Assembly: GCA_013043705.1 (NCBI GenBank)
Contig: JABDNS010000108.1
Span: forward strand, 17 to 64,016
Source of the DNA: Pseudomonadales bacterium
GTDB lineage: Bacteria > Pseudomonadota > Gammaproteobacteria > Pseudomonadales > UBA7434
DNA: 64,000 nucleotides
Direction: 5' to 3'
Under the pieces are notes generated by a model, which did not search any database, had not been told where the DNA came from, and worked only from the letters and a program-made list of their open reading frames with translations. Below, in pieces: positions 19,310 through 29,854 of the stretch. Made by a program: the position numbers and the translations under genes. Within the stretch, counting starts at the first letter, position 1, and each line of letters begins with the position of its first letter.

Positions 19310-21721
19310 AACGCGCGAATCGTCCCCATCCTGCTCTGGCCTGCTGCGATCCGGCGCCGAACTACTTACGCTGAATTCTTCGTCGCTTAGCGGATCGGGC
19401 ATTTTCTCGAGCGCCAGTTGCAGCACTTCATCTATCCAGCGCACTGGCCTAATGTCGAGCGCCTCTTTGATATTGTCGGGAATCTCTTTCAAATCGCGTT
19501 CGTTTTCATCAGGAATTACCACCATTTTGATGCCACCGCGATGCGCTGCCAGCAATTTCTCTTTCAAGCCACCAATGGGTAGCAGCTGCCCGCGCAAAGT
19601 AATCTCACCGGTCATCGCCACATCGGCGCGTACCGGAATTTGTGTCAGCGAAGAAACCAGCGCGGTGCACATCGCGATACCTGCACTGGGCCCGTCTTTG
19701 GGCGTTGCCCCTTCCGGCACGTGGAAGTGAATATCGAACTTTTCATTAAAGTTACCAGGAATACCCAGCACCTGGGCACGCGAGCGAACCACTGTTGTTG
19801 CCGCCAGAATGGACTCCTGCATAATGTCGCCAAGCGAGCCGGTTTTGACCTGCCTGCCTTTACCCGGCACCGTAGCCACCTCAATGGTGAGCAGCTCGCC
19901 ACCCACCTGCGTCCACGCCAAACCAGTAACGTGACCAATGCGGTTTTCGCGGTCCGCTTCACCGTATTTGAATTTACGCACGCCGCAGATATCGACCAGG
20001 TTTTCGGGCTTCACCGAAACCGGTGTTTCCATCTCGCCTGTGGTAATGCCTTTCACAACCTTGCGCACAACTTTCGATATGTTGCGCTCCAGCGAACGCA
20101 CACCCGCTTCGCGGGTGTAGTAGCGAATCAGGTCGAGCATGGCCTCGGTTTCGAGCACCATCTCTTTGTCTTTCACGCCATTGGTCTCGATTTGCTTCGG
20201 CAGCAAGTAGCGCTCGGCGATGTTAAGTTTTTCATCCTCGGTGTAACCGGGAATGCGGATCACTTCCATACGGTCGAGCAGCGGCGCAGGAATATTCATT
20301 GAGTTGGAGGTACAAACAAACATCACGTCAGACAGGTCGTAATCGACCTCAAGGTAGTGATCGTTGAAGGTATGGTTCTGCTCCGGGTCCAGTACTTCCA
20401 AAAGTGCCGAGGCCGGGTCGCCGCGATGATCCATGCCCATCTTGTCGATTTCATCGAGCAGGAATAGCGGGTTACGCACACCGACCTTGGATAGCTTCTG
20501 CAAGACTTTGCCCGGCATAGAACCGATATAGGTTCTGCGGTGGCCGCGAATTTCTGCTTCATCGCGCACGCCACCCAGCGCCATACGAACAAACTTCCTA
20601 TTCGTAGCACGCGCAATCGACTCACCCAGTGAGGTCTTACCCACCCCGGGTGGGCCTACCAGGCAAAGCACCGGCCCCTTAAGTTTTTTAACCCTTCGCT
20701 GCACTGCAAGGTATTCAATAATGCGATCTTTAACTTCCTCAAGACCATAATGATCCTTGTCGAGGATTTTCTGTGCCTTGTCCAGGTCGTAGCGCACCTT
20801 GCTCTTTTTCTTCCAGGGTATGCTTACCATCCAGTCGATGTAACTGCGCACCACCGATGCTTCGGCTGACATCGGCGACATCATTTTAAGTTTGTTCATC
20901 TCGCCGGAAATTTTCTTTTTGGCCTCTTCAGGCATGCCCGCCTTGGCAATTTTTTCCTCCAGCTCATCGAACTCGCTACCGGTCTCGTCAAGGTCTCCGA
21001 GTTCTTTCTGGATGGCTTTCATCTGCTCGTTCAGGTAGTACTCGCGCTGCGACTTTTCCATCTGCTTTTTCACGCGGCCACGAATCTTTTTCTCAACGCG
21101 CGAAAGCTCAAGCTCTGCATCCATAAAGCCCATTAGCAATTCAGCGCGCTCGGCCACCGCGGGTTGCTCCAGCACTTGCTGCTTCTGCTTAACCTCAAGC
21201 GCCAGGTGCGTGGCCACAGTATCAACCAGCCGGGTAACCGACTCGATGCCCGCAAGCGAGCCCAGCACTTCGGCAGGCACCTTCTTGCTGGCTTTCACAT
21301 ATTGTTCAAACTGTGCGGTGAGCAATGCCGACAACTCGGTTGCCTCGGCCTCGTCAACCAGGGTCTCTTCGCACAACTCGTACGCCACGCTCATAAACGC
21401 CGGCTCTTCGCTATCGTCGACCGCTTCGGCCGGGCCAAGCACTTGTGCACGCGCACCGCCTTCCACCAACACTTTAACCGTGCCATCGGGCAGGCGCAGC
21501 AATTGCAGCACGGTTGCCACCGTGCCCACTGAGTAGAGTGCGTCGATATCGGGGTCGTTGGTATCGGGCTGGGTCTGGGCCACTAGCAGGATTTGCTTGT
21601 CCTGCTCCATAGCCGCTTCAAGCGCCTCGATGGACTTTTCGCGACCCACAAACAGCGGCACAACCATTTGCGGATAAACCACCACATCGCGCAACGGCAA
21701 AACTGGCAATGAAAGACTCAT
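19298..21721 (-). CDS. lon: ATP-dependent protease Lon
   Basis: The N-terminus [27 protein letters not shown], the Walker A motif GPPGVGKTS and the catalytic serine motif PKDGPSAG identify Lon. The start is trimmed from 21796 to the ATG at 21721. Confidence 0.97.
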   Translation of the reverse strand: MSLSLPVLPLRDVVVYPQMVVPLFVGREKSIEALEAAMEQDKQILLVAQTQPDTNDPDIDALYSVGTVATVLQLLRLPDGTVKVLVEGGARAQVLGPAEAVDDSEEPAFMSVAYELCEETLVDEAEATELSALLTAQFEQYVKASKKVPAEVLGSLAGIESVTRLVDTVATHLALEVKQKQQVLEQPAVAERAELLMGFMDAELELSRVEKKIRGRVKKQMEKSQREYYLNEQMKAIQKELGDLDETGSEFDELEEKIAKAGMPEEAKKKISGEMNKLKMMSPMSAEASVVRSYIDWMVSIPWKKKSKVRYDLDKAQKILDKDHYGLEEVKDRIIEYLAVQRRVKKLKGPVLCLVGPPGVGKTSLGESIARATNRKFVRMALGGVRDEAEIRGHRRTYIGSMPGKVLQKLSKVGVRNPLFLLDEIDKMGMDHRGDPASALLEVLDPEQNHTFNDHYLEVDYDLSDVMFVCTSNSMNIPAPLLDRMEVIRIPGYTEDEKLNIAERYLLPKQIETNGVKDKEMVLETEAMLDLIRYYTREAGVRSLERNISKVVRKVVKGITTGEMETPVSVKPENLVDICGVRKFKYGEADRENRIGHVTGLAWTQVGGELLTIEVATVPGKGRQVKTGSLGDIMQESILAATTVVRSRAQVLGIPGNFNEKFDIHFHVPEGATPKDGPSAGIAMCTALVSSLTQIPVRADVAMTGEITLRGQLLPIGGLKEKLLAAHRGGIKMVVIPDENERDLKEIPDNIKEALDIRPVRWIDEVLQLALEKMPDPLSDEEFSVSSSAPDRSRPEQDGDDSRVKTH

Positions 21722-21860
21722 CAGGCGAAACCTCGGTGCCCATTTAAGGGCGTTAACAGCGCTTGCGCGCTTCGCACGGCAACATTTTACCCCCAATGGC
21801 AGCGCTGCCGGCGGTATTCGTGCGCAGACGGGGAATTCGAGTTTGATATTTCTATAAAGA

Positions 21861-21888
21861 ATATGGGGGCGAAGCCTGGGATATCAAG
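21861..21888 (-). promoter_or_regulatory. Sigma32 (heat-shock) type promoter upstream of lon
   Basis: The minus strand reads CTTGATA-13 nt-CCCCATAT, compared with the consensus CTTGAAA-N13-14-CCCCATNT. It lies about 140 nt upstream of the lon ATG. Confidence 0.55.
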
Positions 21889-21919
21889 CTTGCACCCCCA
21901 CAGCTGCAGATCTGGGCTG

Positions 21920-23203
21920 CTAGGACTCGTCGGAGGCGGTTTTTGGTTCGGCGCTCTTTTCGTAGACGATCAGCGGCTCTGAATCGCCGGCGATGACGGA
22001 GGCGTCGATAACCACTTTGGACACATTCTCCTGGGAGGGAATATTATACATGGTATCGAGTAAAACCGACTCCAGGATTGAGCGCAGTCCGCGCGCGCCG
22101 GTTTTGCGCTCCATAGCTTTGCGAGCTATCGCCTGCAGTGCATCCCGGCGGAAGTCGATTTCAACGCCTTCCATGTCAAACAGCTTGCTATATTGTTTGG
22201 TCAGCGCGTTGCGCGGTTCGGTAAGAATGCGCACCAGCGCTACTTCGTCCAGCTCTTCGAGCGTGGCAATAACCGGTAGGCGTCCAACGAATTCAGGAAT
22301 CAGGCCGTAGCGAACCAGGTCTTCCGGCTCGAGGTCATGCAACGTTTCGCCGAAGTTCTTCGACTCGTCCTTGCTTTTAACTTCGGCGTTAAAGCCAATG
22401 CCACTTTTCTCGGAGCGATCGCGAATAACCTTGTCGAGCCCGGCAAAAGCACCACCACAAATAAACAGGATATTGGAGGTATCGACCTGCAGGAACTCCT
22501 GCTGCGGATGCTTGCGACCACCCTGCGGCGGCACCGACGCAACCGTGCCTTCTATTAATTTCAACAGTGCTTGCTGCACGCCCTCGCCTGATACATCGCG
22601 GGTAATCGAGGGGTTGTCGGACTTGCGGGAAATCTTGTCAATTTCGTCGATGTAAACGATACCGACTTGCGCTTTGTCGACATCGTAGTCGCACTTTTGC
22701 AACAACTTCTGGATAATGTTTTCTACATCTTCACCGACGTAACCCGCTTCGGTAAGGGTTGTCGCATCGGCAATAGTGAAAGGCACGTCGAGCAAACGGG
22801 CCAATGTTTCGGCAAGCAGGGTTTTGCCGCTGCCGGTTGGTCCAACCAGCAGGATATTACTTTTGCCTAGCTCAACAGCATCGCGCGGCTGTTCGCCCTG
22901 GCGTAAACGCTTGTAGTGGTTGTACACCGCCACCGAGAGTACTTTCTTGGCACGCGCCTGCCCGATAACGTATTCATCGAGGGTCGCATTGAGCTCTGCA
23001 GGCGTGGGTAACTTGTCGGTCTGGCCGTCAGCACTACTCTCCTGCACTTCCTCGCGGATAATATCGTTGCACAGGTCGACGCATTCATCACAAATAAACA
23101 CAGACGGGCCCGCAATGAGCTTGCGCACCTCATGCTGGCTCTTACCGCAAAAAGAGCAGTAGAGCAGCTTACCGTTGTCGCCGTCTTTGCTATTATCGCT
23201 CAT
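21920..23203 (-). CDS. clpX: ATP-dependent Clp protease ATP-binding subunit ClpX
   Basis: It has the zinc-finger motif [27 protein letters not shown] and the Walker A motif GPTGSGKT. Confidence 0.98.
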   Translation of the reverse strand: MSDNSKDGDNGKLLYCSFCGKSQHEVRKLIAGPSVFICDECVDLCNDIIREEVQESSADGQTDKLPTPAELNATLDEYVIGQARAKKVLSVAVYNHYKRLRQGEQPRDAVELGKSNILLVGPTGSGKTLLAETLARLLDVPFTIADATTLTEAGYVGEDVENIIQKLLQKCDYDVDKAQVGIVYIDEIDKISRKSDNPSITRDVSGEGVQQALLKLIEGTVASVPPQGGRKHPQQEFLQVDTSNILFICGGAFAGLDKVIRDRSEKSGIGFNAEVKSKDESKNFGETLHDLEPEDLVRYGLIPEFVGRLPVIATLEELDEVALVRILTEPRNALTKQYSKLFDMEGVEIDFRRDALQAIARKAMERKTGARGLRSILESVLLDTMYNIPSQENVSKVVIDASVIAGDSEPLIVYEKSAEPKTASDES

Positions 23204-23413
23204 TCAACTACTTCCTCACCCTGAATACGGTCATTGCGCGGCTTTGGCTCAATTCCAACTACCTGCTCATTAAGGCCAGGCCGGAACTGGTTTTATACGC
23301 AAATTAGACCTGAATTAAAAGCCTTGCAAAATAAGACAACGTTGGCAGCCGGTATGCTTTCCGGACGAGATGCCCCGCTTGGCTAAAGATCATTTTTTAA
23401 GCAGCTTAACGCG

Positions 23414-24049
23414 TTACCCGTTACCGTGTGGTCGCTGTGCAAGCACCTCGTCTACCAAGCCATAAGCTTTCGCTTGCTCTGCATTCATAAAATTGTCGCG
23501 CTCGGTGTCTCTCTCGATGCACTCATAATCCTGGCCGGTGTGCTCTGCCATCAAGCGGTTCAACTTTTCGCGAATAATCAGGATCTCTTTGGCTTGAATA
23601 TCAATATCCGTGGCCTGGCCCTGGGCACCACCGCTGGGTTGGTGAATCATGACCCTGCTATTGGCTAGACAGTAGCGTTTGCCTTTAGCTCCACCACCCA
23701 GCAAAAAAGCACCCATGCTGGCGGCCTGCCCCAGGCAAATCGTGCTCACGTCCGGTTTAATGAACTGAATGGTGTCGTAGATCGCCAAACCGGCTGTAAC
23801 CGCGCCGCCAGGAGAGTTGATGTACAGGCTGATATCTTTGTCAGGGTTTTCAGACTCGAGGAATAGCAGCTGGGCAACGATAAGATTTGCCATGTTGTCC
23901 TCTACCGTACCCACCGCAAAAATTACCCGCTCCTTTAGCAGCCGTGAATAAATATCAAACGAGCGCTCGCCGCGCGAGGTCTGCTCCACCACCATCGGCA
24001 CCAGGCCAAGGGCTTCGATAGGATCATGCGAAGGTGTATATGAAGTCAA
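23414..24049 (-). CDS. clpP: ATP-dependent Clp protease proteolytic subunit ClpP
   Basis: [11 protein letters not shown]...[11 protein letters not shown] (catalytic Ser)...MIHQP (catalytic His). Confidence 0.97.
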   Translation of the reverse strand: MTSYTPSHDPIEALGLVPMVVEQTSRGERSFDIYSRLLKERVIFAVGTVEDNMANLIVAQLLFLESENPDKDISLYINSPGGAVTAGLAIYDTIQFIKPDVSTICLGQAASMGAFLLGGGAKGKRYCLANSRVMIHQPSGGAQGQATDIDIQAKEILIIREKLNRLMAEHTGQDYECIERDTERDNFMNAEQAKAYGLVDEVLAQRPHGNG

Positions 24050-24306
24050 TGTACTGTACTCCGGGGTCTGGCGTTATGGATTCAGGCGCGACCGTACGCC
24101 GCCGATACGACGATATACGCGCCCATTCTGAATCAGTTTAGCTGCGCGCAAAAATAATTGCGCGATCCAGAGGGCTTTTTTCGCAAATTTGGATGATTGC
24201 TGGCGGAATTGGCGCGGATATGCTGCTCGCCAGCACTCAGGCCAGCGCAGGGAGCGCTAAACGCGAAGGCTAAGCCTTTGGGATGCGGAACTTCCAGCTA
24301 CCGCGA

Positions 24307-25623
24307 TCAGGGCTGTGAAGCAGCCTGGTTGGCCGCCATCACCTCATCGTAGCTGCCGGTTTTTTCACCAGGCTCAGCCATTTCGGTAATTTTTTCCACT
24401 ACCAGCTTTTCAACCACCATCATGTTGACTTGCTGCAGCCTGGACTCGTCGCTCATATACAAGTTGCGCACTTCGTCAGGGTTTTCGTAGGACTGGGCGA
24501 TGTCATCGATAAACTCGATGATCTGTTCACGCTCCGGGCGAATTTCATACTGCTTAACCAAGTGGTTTAGAATAACGCCCAGCGCAACGCGTTTGTGCGC
24601 CTGTTCAGTAAACATTTCGTCGGGCAATAAGCTACGATCGAAGTCTTCTGCGTTGCCACCAAAACGTGAGATGGTTTGCTCGCGCAACGCCTCGATCTCT
24701 TGCTCGATCATTACGCCGGGTAGCTCAACCTCATTTTGTTCTACCAGGCCATCCATCACTTGCTGCTTGAGATGACTTTCGATTGCATCTGCAAGCTGGG
24801 TGTGCATATTTTCACTAACCTTATCGCGAAACTCATCGTAGCCACCGTCAACTTCAAAGGCCGCAAAAAAGGTTGCGTCGAGCTCCGGCTTGCTCATTTC
24901 TTTCACCGCGTTCACCGTCACGGCAAATTCTACGTTGGCACCCGCCAACTCTTCGGCGTGGTAATCGCTGGGGAAGGTTAGCTTGAGATTGCGCTCATCG
25001 CCCGCCTTGGCACCTTCCAGCCCGCTTTCAAAACCGGTAATCATTTTGCCTTCACCCAGCGTCAGGTCGAAGGCATCGGCTGAACCGCCATCAAAGGGTT
25101 CGCCATCGCGGGTGCCAAGAAAATCAATATTCACCTGGTCGCCGTCTTTCGCCGCGCGATCGACTTCATTCCACTCGCCGCGCTGCGCGCGCAACTTTTC
25201 AATCATCGCGTCGACGTCGGTATCGGTGACGCTGGCATTGAATTTTTCAACTTTCAAATTCGAAGGATCGGCAAGCTCGATTTCAGGGAACACTTCAAAA
25301 GTTGCCACCACTTCCAGGTCTGCACCGGTTTCGTTTCGAGTAAAGTCTATTTTTGGCGTGCCCACCGGAGTTAGCGATTCCTGCGTAACCGCTTGCTGGA
25401 AAGACTGGTTGGCCACTTCACCAACAACTTCGGCGCGCAGCGCATCACCGAAACGTTGCTGCACAACTTTACGCGGCACCTTGCCAGGGCGAAAACCATC
25501 CAGGCGAACTTTCTTGGCGGTGTCTATGACGCGCTTTTGAACTTCCGAATCTATTTCATCGGCCGGAATTGCCAACGTGAGCTTGCGCTCCAGACTGGAA
25601 AGCGTTTCAACAGAAACTTGCAT
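24307..25623 (-). CDS. tig: Trigger factor
   Basis: The N-terminus is MQVSVETLSSLERKLTLAIPA...GFRPGKVP. The start is trimmed to 25623 because the ORF-track extension runs into the tRNA-Leu gene. Confidence 0.95.
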   Translation of the reverse strand: MQVSVETLSSLERKLTLAIPADEIDSEVQKRVIDTAKKVRLDGFRPGKVPRKVVQQRFGDALRAEVVGEVANQSFQQAVTQESLTPVGTPKIDFTRNETGADLEVVATFEVFPEIELADPSNLKVEKFNASVTDTDVDAMIEKLRAQRGEWNEVDRAAKDGDQVNIDFLGTRDGEPFDGGSADAFDLTLGEGKMITGFESGLEGAKAGDERNLKLTFPSDYHAEELAGANVEFAVTVNAVKEMSKPELDATFFAAFEVDGGYDEFRDKVSENMHTQLADAIESHLKQQVMDGLVEQNEVELPGVMIEQEIEALREQTISRFGGNAEDFDRSLLPDEMFTEQAHKRVALGVILNHLVKQYEIRPEREQIIEFIDDIAQSYENPDEVRNLYMSDESRLQQVNMMVVEKLVVEKITEMAEPGEKTGSYDEVMAANQAASQP

Positions 25624-25656
25624 TTGCCACCACCTCGAATGGTTTGTTTGATGTTT

Positions 25657-25741
25657 TGGTGCGGACGGAGAGACTCGAACTCTCACGGGTCGCCCCACTG
25701 GAACCTAAATCCAGCGCGTATACCAATTTCGCCACGTCCGC
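25657..25741 (-). tRNA. tRNA-Leu (anticodon TAG), long variable arm
   Basis: The reverse complement reads GCGGACGTGGCGAAATTGGTATACGCGCTGGATTTAGGTTCCAGTGGGGCGACCCGTGAGAGTTCGAGTCTCTCCGTCCGCACCA. Confidence 0.9.
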
Positions 25742-25959
25742 CAATTCTGCCACTACCCTCTACTCTAGTCTCTTCTCTAAAGAATCCAGTTCAAAAGAAT
25801 CTAATCTGGACCAGCAGGCACTCCCGCTAGCTTGTGGCGTGCAAAAAAGGGTGCGGATTTTCCCACGAATACCACGGCAGAAGCAACCTTCTACCGCGCT
25901 AGCGTTCCGGCCACCCGGTATAATAGGATTCCTGGCAAATATCGCAGCAGGAGCAGCGC

Positions 25960-26241
25960 GTGGCGACCATAAAAATTAGCAAACAACACAATAAGCCAAC
26001 CGAGGAAATCGAGGAATTGGTTGATGATTTGCGCAATGTGCTCGAGGGCAAATACGGCTGCAGCTGTTCGCGCAACGGCGATGAACTGGTCATTGAGCGG
26101 CGCGGTGTCAACGGGCTGGTGAAACTTGGCGATGAAAAGGTCGATGTCGACATCAAACTGGGGCCGATGATGGGCATGTTTGCCAACCAGCTGAAACCTT
26201 TTATTGAAGATCAACTGGACGCTCACCTGAACGAAGATTAA
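25960..26241 (+). CDS. Small protein resembling the putative polyhydroxyalkanoic-acid system protein family (PHA_gran_rgn-like)
   Basis: The 93-aa ORF uses a GTG start preceded by GCAGGAG. Its layout (short N-terminal helix, then two Gly-containing beta segments, then a C-terminal helix ...IEDQLDAHL) matches this family from memory. Confidence 0.5.
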   Translation: MATIKISKQHNKPTEEIEELVDDLRNVLEGKYGCSCSRNGDELVIERRGVNGLVKLGDEKVDVDIKLGPMMGMFANQLKPFIEDQLDAHLNED

Positions 26242-26250
26242 CGCGGCAGG

Positions 26251-27309
26251 TCATGCGGTGAGACACTCAGGGTCAAAGGCGTATTCGCCGTTCAGCCAGG
26301 CCATAACTTCCAGTGCCTCGGCATTGTCGAAGCCACTGTAAAGCCCCAGTAATTGATCCTTCTCCCGCGGCCGTATCGCATCCAGACCCAAGTCGCTAAA
26401 CGTGCCGGCATCCTTTGCCAGCTGCAATGCCAGCGCCTCAGGCAAGCTTTCAACGGCGCTGCCCCAAGCCGCTGGCAGCTCGCTGGTGCTGCCAGCCGCG
26501 TAACAGCGCGCCAGCGTTGCCAGTGGCAGCAGCGATAGCCTGGCCTGGTTCATCGGGTTAGCCATATGCGCCGCGGTGTAGTCAGCCAGCCACGGTTCAC
26601 GACCGCTAAATGCTTGCAAACGCAGATACTTGCACAGCTTGGCGCTGTCGTTCACCGGGTAGTTGTCCCACAGCACCGGCGTGCGTCGATACGCCGCGGC
26701 AATAAAGGCCAGGTTATGTTTGCTGTAGTGCTCACTACAAACCGCTTCACCCGTCCAGCACAGGCCTATCGAAGCATCGAGGCCGCTGCCCCACTCCTGC
26801 CAATAGTTTTTCGGGCGGGGGCCAAAGACCTTTTCCAGCACCGGATCGGTGCTGTAGTAACTCGGGCACACCACCACCGAATCAACACCACAGTGCGAAA
26901 CCAGCAGCTCCACAATGCGCAGCTGCTCTAATGCCATGCTGTTGCCAGTGGAGGGCAGGTCGTCAAACAGGATATACAGCTCATCCAGATGCAACGCCGC
27001 AATCTGCCTGGCTTTGCGCAACAGCGCCTCCCGCTCACTGACATCGTCCAGCGAGCCCAGGCCATGCGGCGTGAAACCCAGCCCGGCCCTAACCCCGGAT
27101 GCTCGGCAGCAGGAAAACAGGCTACCCAGCGAATCCAGCTGCTGCGTGGTAAACGGCACTCGCCACTCGCGCCGCAAGCTGGCATCGCCCTTTGGCGCGT
27201 ATACGTAGACTGTAAGGCCCAACGCTGGCAGCGCGGGAATAACCTGCAAGCGCTCCTCGTGGGTCCACTGCCTGCCATAGTAGGCTTCGACGACGCCCAG
27301 CGTGTTCAT
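26251..27309 (-). CDS. GH84-like beta-N-acetylglucosaminidase (O-GlcNAcase homologue), no signal peptide
   Basis: GVVEAYYGRQWTHEERL...YVYAPKGDASLRREWR...LYILFDDLPS matches the GH84 signatures GxxEGFYGxxW, YxYAPKDD and the catalytic DD pair. The start is trimmed to MNTLG at 27309. Confidence 0.7.
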   Translation of the reverse strand: MNTLGVVEAYYGRQWTHEERLQVIPALPALGLTVYVYAPKGDASLRREWRVPFTTQQLDSLGSLFSCCRASGVRAGLGFTPHGLGSLDDVSEREALLRKARQIAALHLDELYILFDDLPSTGNSMALEQLRIVELLVSHCGVDSVVVCPSYYSTDPVLEKVFGPRPKNYWQEWGSGLDASIGLCWTGEAVCSEHYSKHNLAFIAAAYRRTPVLWDNYPVNDSAKLCKYLRLQAFSGREPWLADYTAAHMANPMNQARLSLLPLATLARCYAAGSTSELPAAWGSAVESLPEALALQLAKDAGTFSDLGLDAIRPREKDQLLGLYSGFDNAEALEVMAWLNGEYAFDPECLTA

Positions 27310-27507
27310 ACGGGCGCCCCAAGGCCACACGAGTAAATTTTGTTCAATTTTTTATGCTCTTAAGCTACTGGTTTTTATCAATAAATCAAAATAATTGGTT
27401 ATTTATTGGACAATTCTAGAAAGCGGTCTTTACTAAAAGTTAAGGATGTCGCTTCCCCCGGCGACCTCCGGAGACGAGAGTCTCACATGTTTCACTCCTA
27501 TGGTCTT

Positions 27508-27534
27508 AAGCCCCTGCTTGCAGGGGCTTTTTTT
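27508..27534 (+). terminator. Rho-independent terminator (plus strand) with no annotated gene upstream
   Basis: The hairpin AAGCCCCTG-CTTG-CAGGGGCTT is followed by TTTTT. Confidence 0.6.
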
Positions 27535-27582
27535 ATGCATAGTGAAAAGTTACCCAACGCTGGCAAAGCAACGGGCTGGAAA

Positions 27583-27612
27583 CCAAAAACGCCCGGCAAC
27601 AGGCCAGGCGTT
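27583..27612 (-). terminator. Rho-independent terminator after pilZ
   Basis: The minus strand forms AACGCCTGG-loop-CCGGGCGTT followed by TTTTTGGTTT. Confidence 0.5.
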
Positions 27613-27641
27613 TGGGGCAAGCTGGGCGTTGCAGGCCTTGG

Positions 27642-27998
27642 CTACAAAGTATGCGTGGGTCGATCTGATTCAATGATCCCGGCAAGATAGTTTTCAATCT
27701 TTTTGGCTGCGGTGTCATCCTGGGCGCTGAACTGCACGCCGATGCCTGCAGCCCGGTTTGATTGCGCGCCTTTAGGCGTTACCCAAACCACCTGCCCGGC
27801 TACCGGAATCTTCTCGACTTCATCCATCAAGTTCAGCAGCATGAACACTTCATCACCGATCGCGTACTGCTTGTTGGTGGGAATAAACAGCCCGCCGTTT
27901 TCAAGGAAAGGCATAAACGCGGCATACAGAACCGCCTTGTCTTTAATTGTCAGCGACAAGATGCCGCTCTTGGCGCTGTTTTGCAATGACTCACCCAT
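27642..27998 (-). CDS. pilZ: Type IV pilus assembly protein PilZ
   Basis: GILSLTIKDKAVLYAAFMPFLENGGLFIPTNKQYAIGDEVFMLLNLMDEVEKIPVAGQVVWVTPKGAQSNRAAGIGVQF is near-collinear with P. aeruginosa PilZ. The start is trimmed to 27998, giving 118 aa. Confidence 0.9.
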   Translation of the reverse strand: MGESLQNSAKSGILSLTIKDKAVLYAAFMPFLENGGLFIPTNKQYAIGDEVFMLLNLMDEVEKIPVAGQVVWVTPKGAQSNRAAGIGVQFSAQDDTAAKKIENYLAGIIESDRPTHTL

Positions 27999-28184
27999 AC
28001 CCGGACCACATCTGTTTAAACGAGCGACTCGTGATGCGGCCAATGCTGCCGAACGAATCGAGGCAACGCAAATTTTAATTAATTCACGCTGTAAATCTCT
28101 TGTAAATATAGTCGCTGCCCGGCGTTCTGTCAGATCAAGCACAGTTACTTGTTTACCACTTTTTAAAAAATGTTCATAATTTAA

Positions 28185-29177
28185 TCAGTGCGTTGCCGAA
28201 TATTGCGCCTCAGCGCGAATCGATGCGAGCCGATCGCCCAGCTCGGCGGCGCAAAGCCTGGTGTTTGGCGATCGGGACAGGCTTCGCTTGGCCTCAAGCA
28301 CGGTGTCGAGCAAGGTTTGCAGCGTCTGGCTGGTCATTGCCGGGTTACCGCCCTTCTCTATACCAGACAACTGCTCGCGGAGCATACCGAGCAGCCGCAA
28401 CATCAACGTATCGAGAAATGCGCCCAAGCTGGACTGGTCGATTTTCTCCGCCAACGCATGGCTGGACAGTTCCCCGCCAAGCAACGCGTCTGCGATTGCA
28501 GCGTGTTCGCTGTGCAACGAATCGTCGCCCAATAATTCCAGCGCGAGCTCCGGGTAAACACGCGCACGCTGCACCGCATTCGCCACTGCCGCTTTAGAGC
28601 TGCCTTCAACCGAGCGCGCCAGCCAGGTCGCCAGGCTGGCCTGGCTTGGCAGCCCAAGCACAATGCGCTGGCTACGCGAGGCAATGGTGGGCAATACGGC
28701 GCGCGCGGTTTGCGAGAGCAGCATAAAGTAAGTGTCGGAACCAGGCTCTTCCAGTGCCTTCAAAAGTGCGTTTGCTGCATTTTCGGTTAACGATTCGGCC
28801 GGCCCAATCACGGCAACCCGTGCCCCGCCAATCTGCGCGGCCAACTGCAATGACTGCAACAGTGCACGAACATCGTCGACGCCAATCGTCTTGCGATCTG
28901 CTGCCACGGCCAAGCGATAATAATCGGGATGCGTTGCAGCCTGGAACAATTCACAGCCACGACATTCACCGCAGGGCTGTGCCGGCTCAATGGATGTATT
29001 TAATTGCTGGCACAGCAATCGAGCCGCAAGTGCTTTGGCAAATCGCTGCTTGCCGGCGTACTCGGGCGCAACAATTAATAGCGAAGGGTGCAGCGCTGCA
29101 CGCGAACGCTGGTCTAGCAGCTCGGCCAACATTGGATTGTGCCATGGCAGGCAATCGATATCGTTATCAGTAGACAT
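28185..29177 (-). CDS. holB: DNA polymerase III subunit delta prime
   Basis: It contains the zinc-module-like motif CGECRGCELFQAATHPDY and the AAA-like fold segment NALLKALEEP. It occupies the conserved position between tmk and pilZ. Confidence 0.85.
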   Translation of the reverse strand: MSTDNDIDCLPWHNPMLAELLDQRSRAALHPSLLIVAPEYAGKQRFAKALAARLLCQQLNTSIEPAQPCGECRGCELFQAATHPDYYRLAVAADRKTIGVDDVRALLQSLQLAAQIGGARVAVIGPAESLTENAANALLKALEEPGSDTYFMLLSQTARAVLPTIASRSQRIVLGLPSQASLATWLARSVEGSSKAAVANAVQRARVYPELALELLGDDSLHSEHAAIADALLGGELSSHALAEKIDQSSLGAFLDTLMLRLLGMLREQLSGIEKGGNPAMTSQTLQTLLDTVLEAKRSLSRSPNTRLCAAELGDRLASIRAEAQYSATH

Positions 29178-29815
29178 TAAGCTTGCTTGGTATTTTTCAT
29201 TAACTCGCCGGCTGCTTTGGCAATTTCGCTTTGCACGATGGATAGCTCTCGACTGGCGTCTATGTGAATGAAGCGTTCCGGGTCTGCCTCTATGCGGGCC
29301 AGGTAGGCGGCGCGCACGCGCTGGAAAAATTCGCTTTGCTCGCGCTCGAAACGATCCAGCTCGCCGCGCTTCGCCACTCGCTGCATACCAATGTCCAGCG
29401 GCACATCAAGAAACAAGGTAAGGTCGGGCCGCAGCTCGCCCTGCACAAACTGCTCAAGCTCATTAACCCGCGCGGTGCCGAGTTCGCGCCCGGCACCCTG
29501 GTAGGCAAACGTGGCGTCGGTGAAACGATCGCTAATAACCCACTCGCCGCGCTTTAGCGCGGGCAGGATCACCGCCTCTATGTGCTGCGCGCGCGCCGCA
29601 AAAACCAACAGCAACTCGCAAAGTGGCACCATCTTTTCTTCGCGCGGCGCAAGCAAAAGGCGCCGGATTTCTTCGGCGAGTGGCGTACCGCCGGGCTCAC
29701 GTGTAACCGTATAAACCAGCCCTTGCGCGTCGAGCATGCTGCACAGGTATGCAAGGTTAGTAGACTTGCCTGCGCCCTCCATACCTTCAAGCGTAATAAA
29801 TTTACCAAGTGGCAT
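29177..29815 (-). CDS. tmk: Thymidylate kinase
   Basis: FITLEGMEGAGKST contains the P-loop, followed by TREPGGTPLAEEIR. Confidence 0.95.
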   Translation of the reverse strand: MPLGKFITLEGMEGAGKSTNLAYLCSMLDAQGLVYTVTREPGGTPLAEEIRRLLLAPREEKMVPLCELLLVFAARAQHIEAVILPALKRGEWVISDRFTDATFAYQGAGRELGTARVNELEQFVQGELRPDLTLFLDVPLDIGMQRVAKRGELDRFEREQSEFFQRVRAAYLARIEADPERFIHIDASRELSIVQSEIAKAAGELMKNTKQA

Positions 29816-29854
29816 TGGCTTTTCCGTTAGTGCTATGCAATTGCAACGTGTTTA

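Noticed and set aside
24050-24306. A sigma32-type promoter upstream of clpP, analogous to the one found for lon.
   Set aside because: I looked for a CTTGAAA/CCCCATNT pair with correct spacing on the minus strand and found none convincing. No promoter is claimed there.
25624-25698. N-terminal extensions of ORF-track entries: tig to 25698, lon to 21796, etfB to 12031, ETF-QO from 12318, rne from 43585, trmA from 60730, dsbD to 57597, pabC to 32103, and pilZ to 28142.
   Set aside because: In every case an internal Met or GTG reproduces the canonical family N-terminus. The extension also overlaps a tRNA gene, the preceding gene or promoter sequence. The starts were trimmed accordingly.
27406-27690. 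A 94-aa plus-strand ORF (and the nested 76-aa ORF at 27446-27676) between the GH84 gene and pilZ.
   Set aside because: They read through two opposed intrinsic terminators and into the pilZ 3' end. A non-coding RNA or plain intergenic interpretation is preferred.
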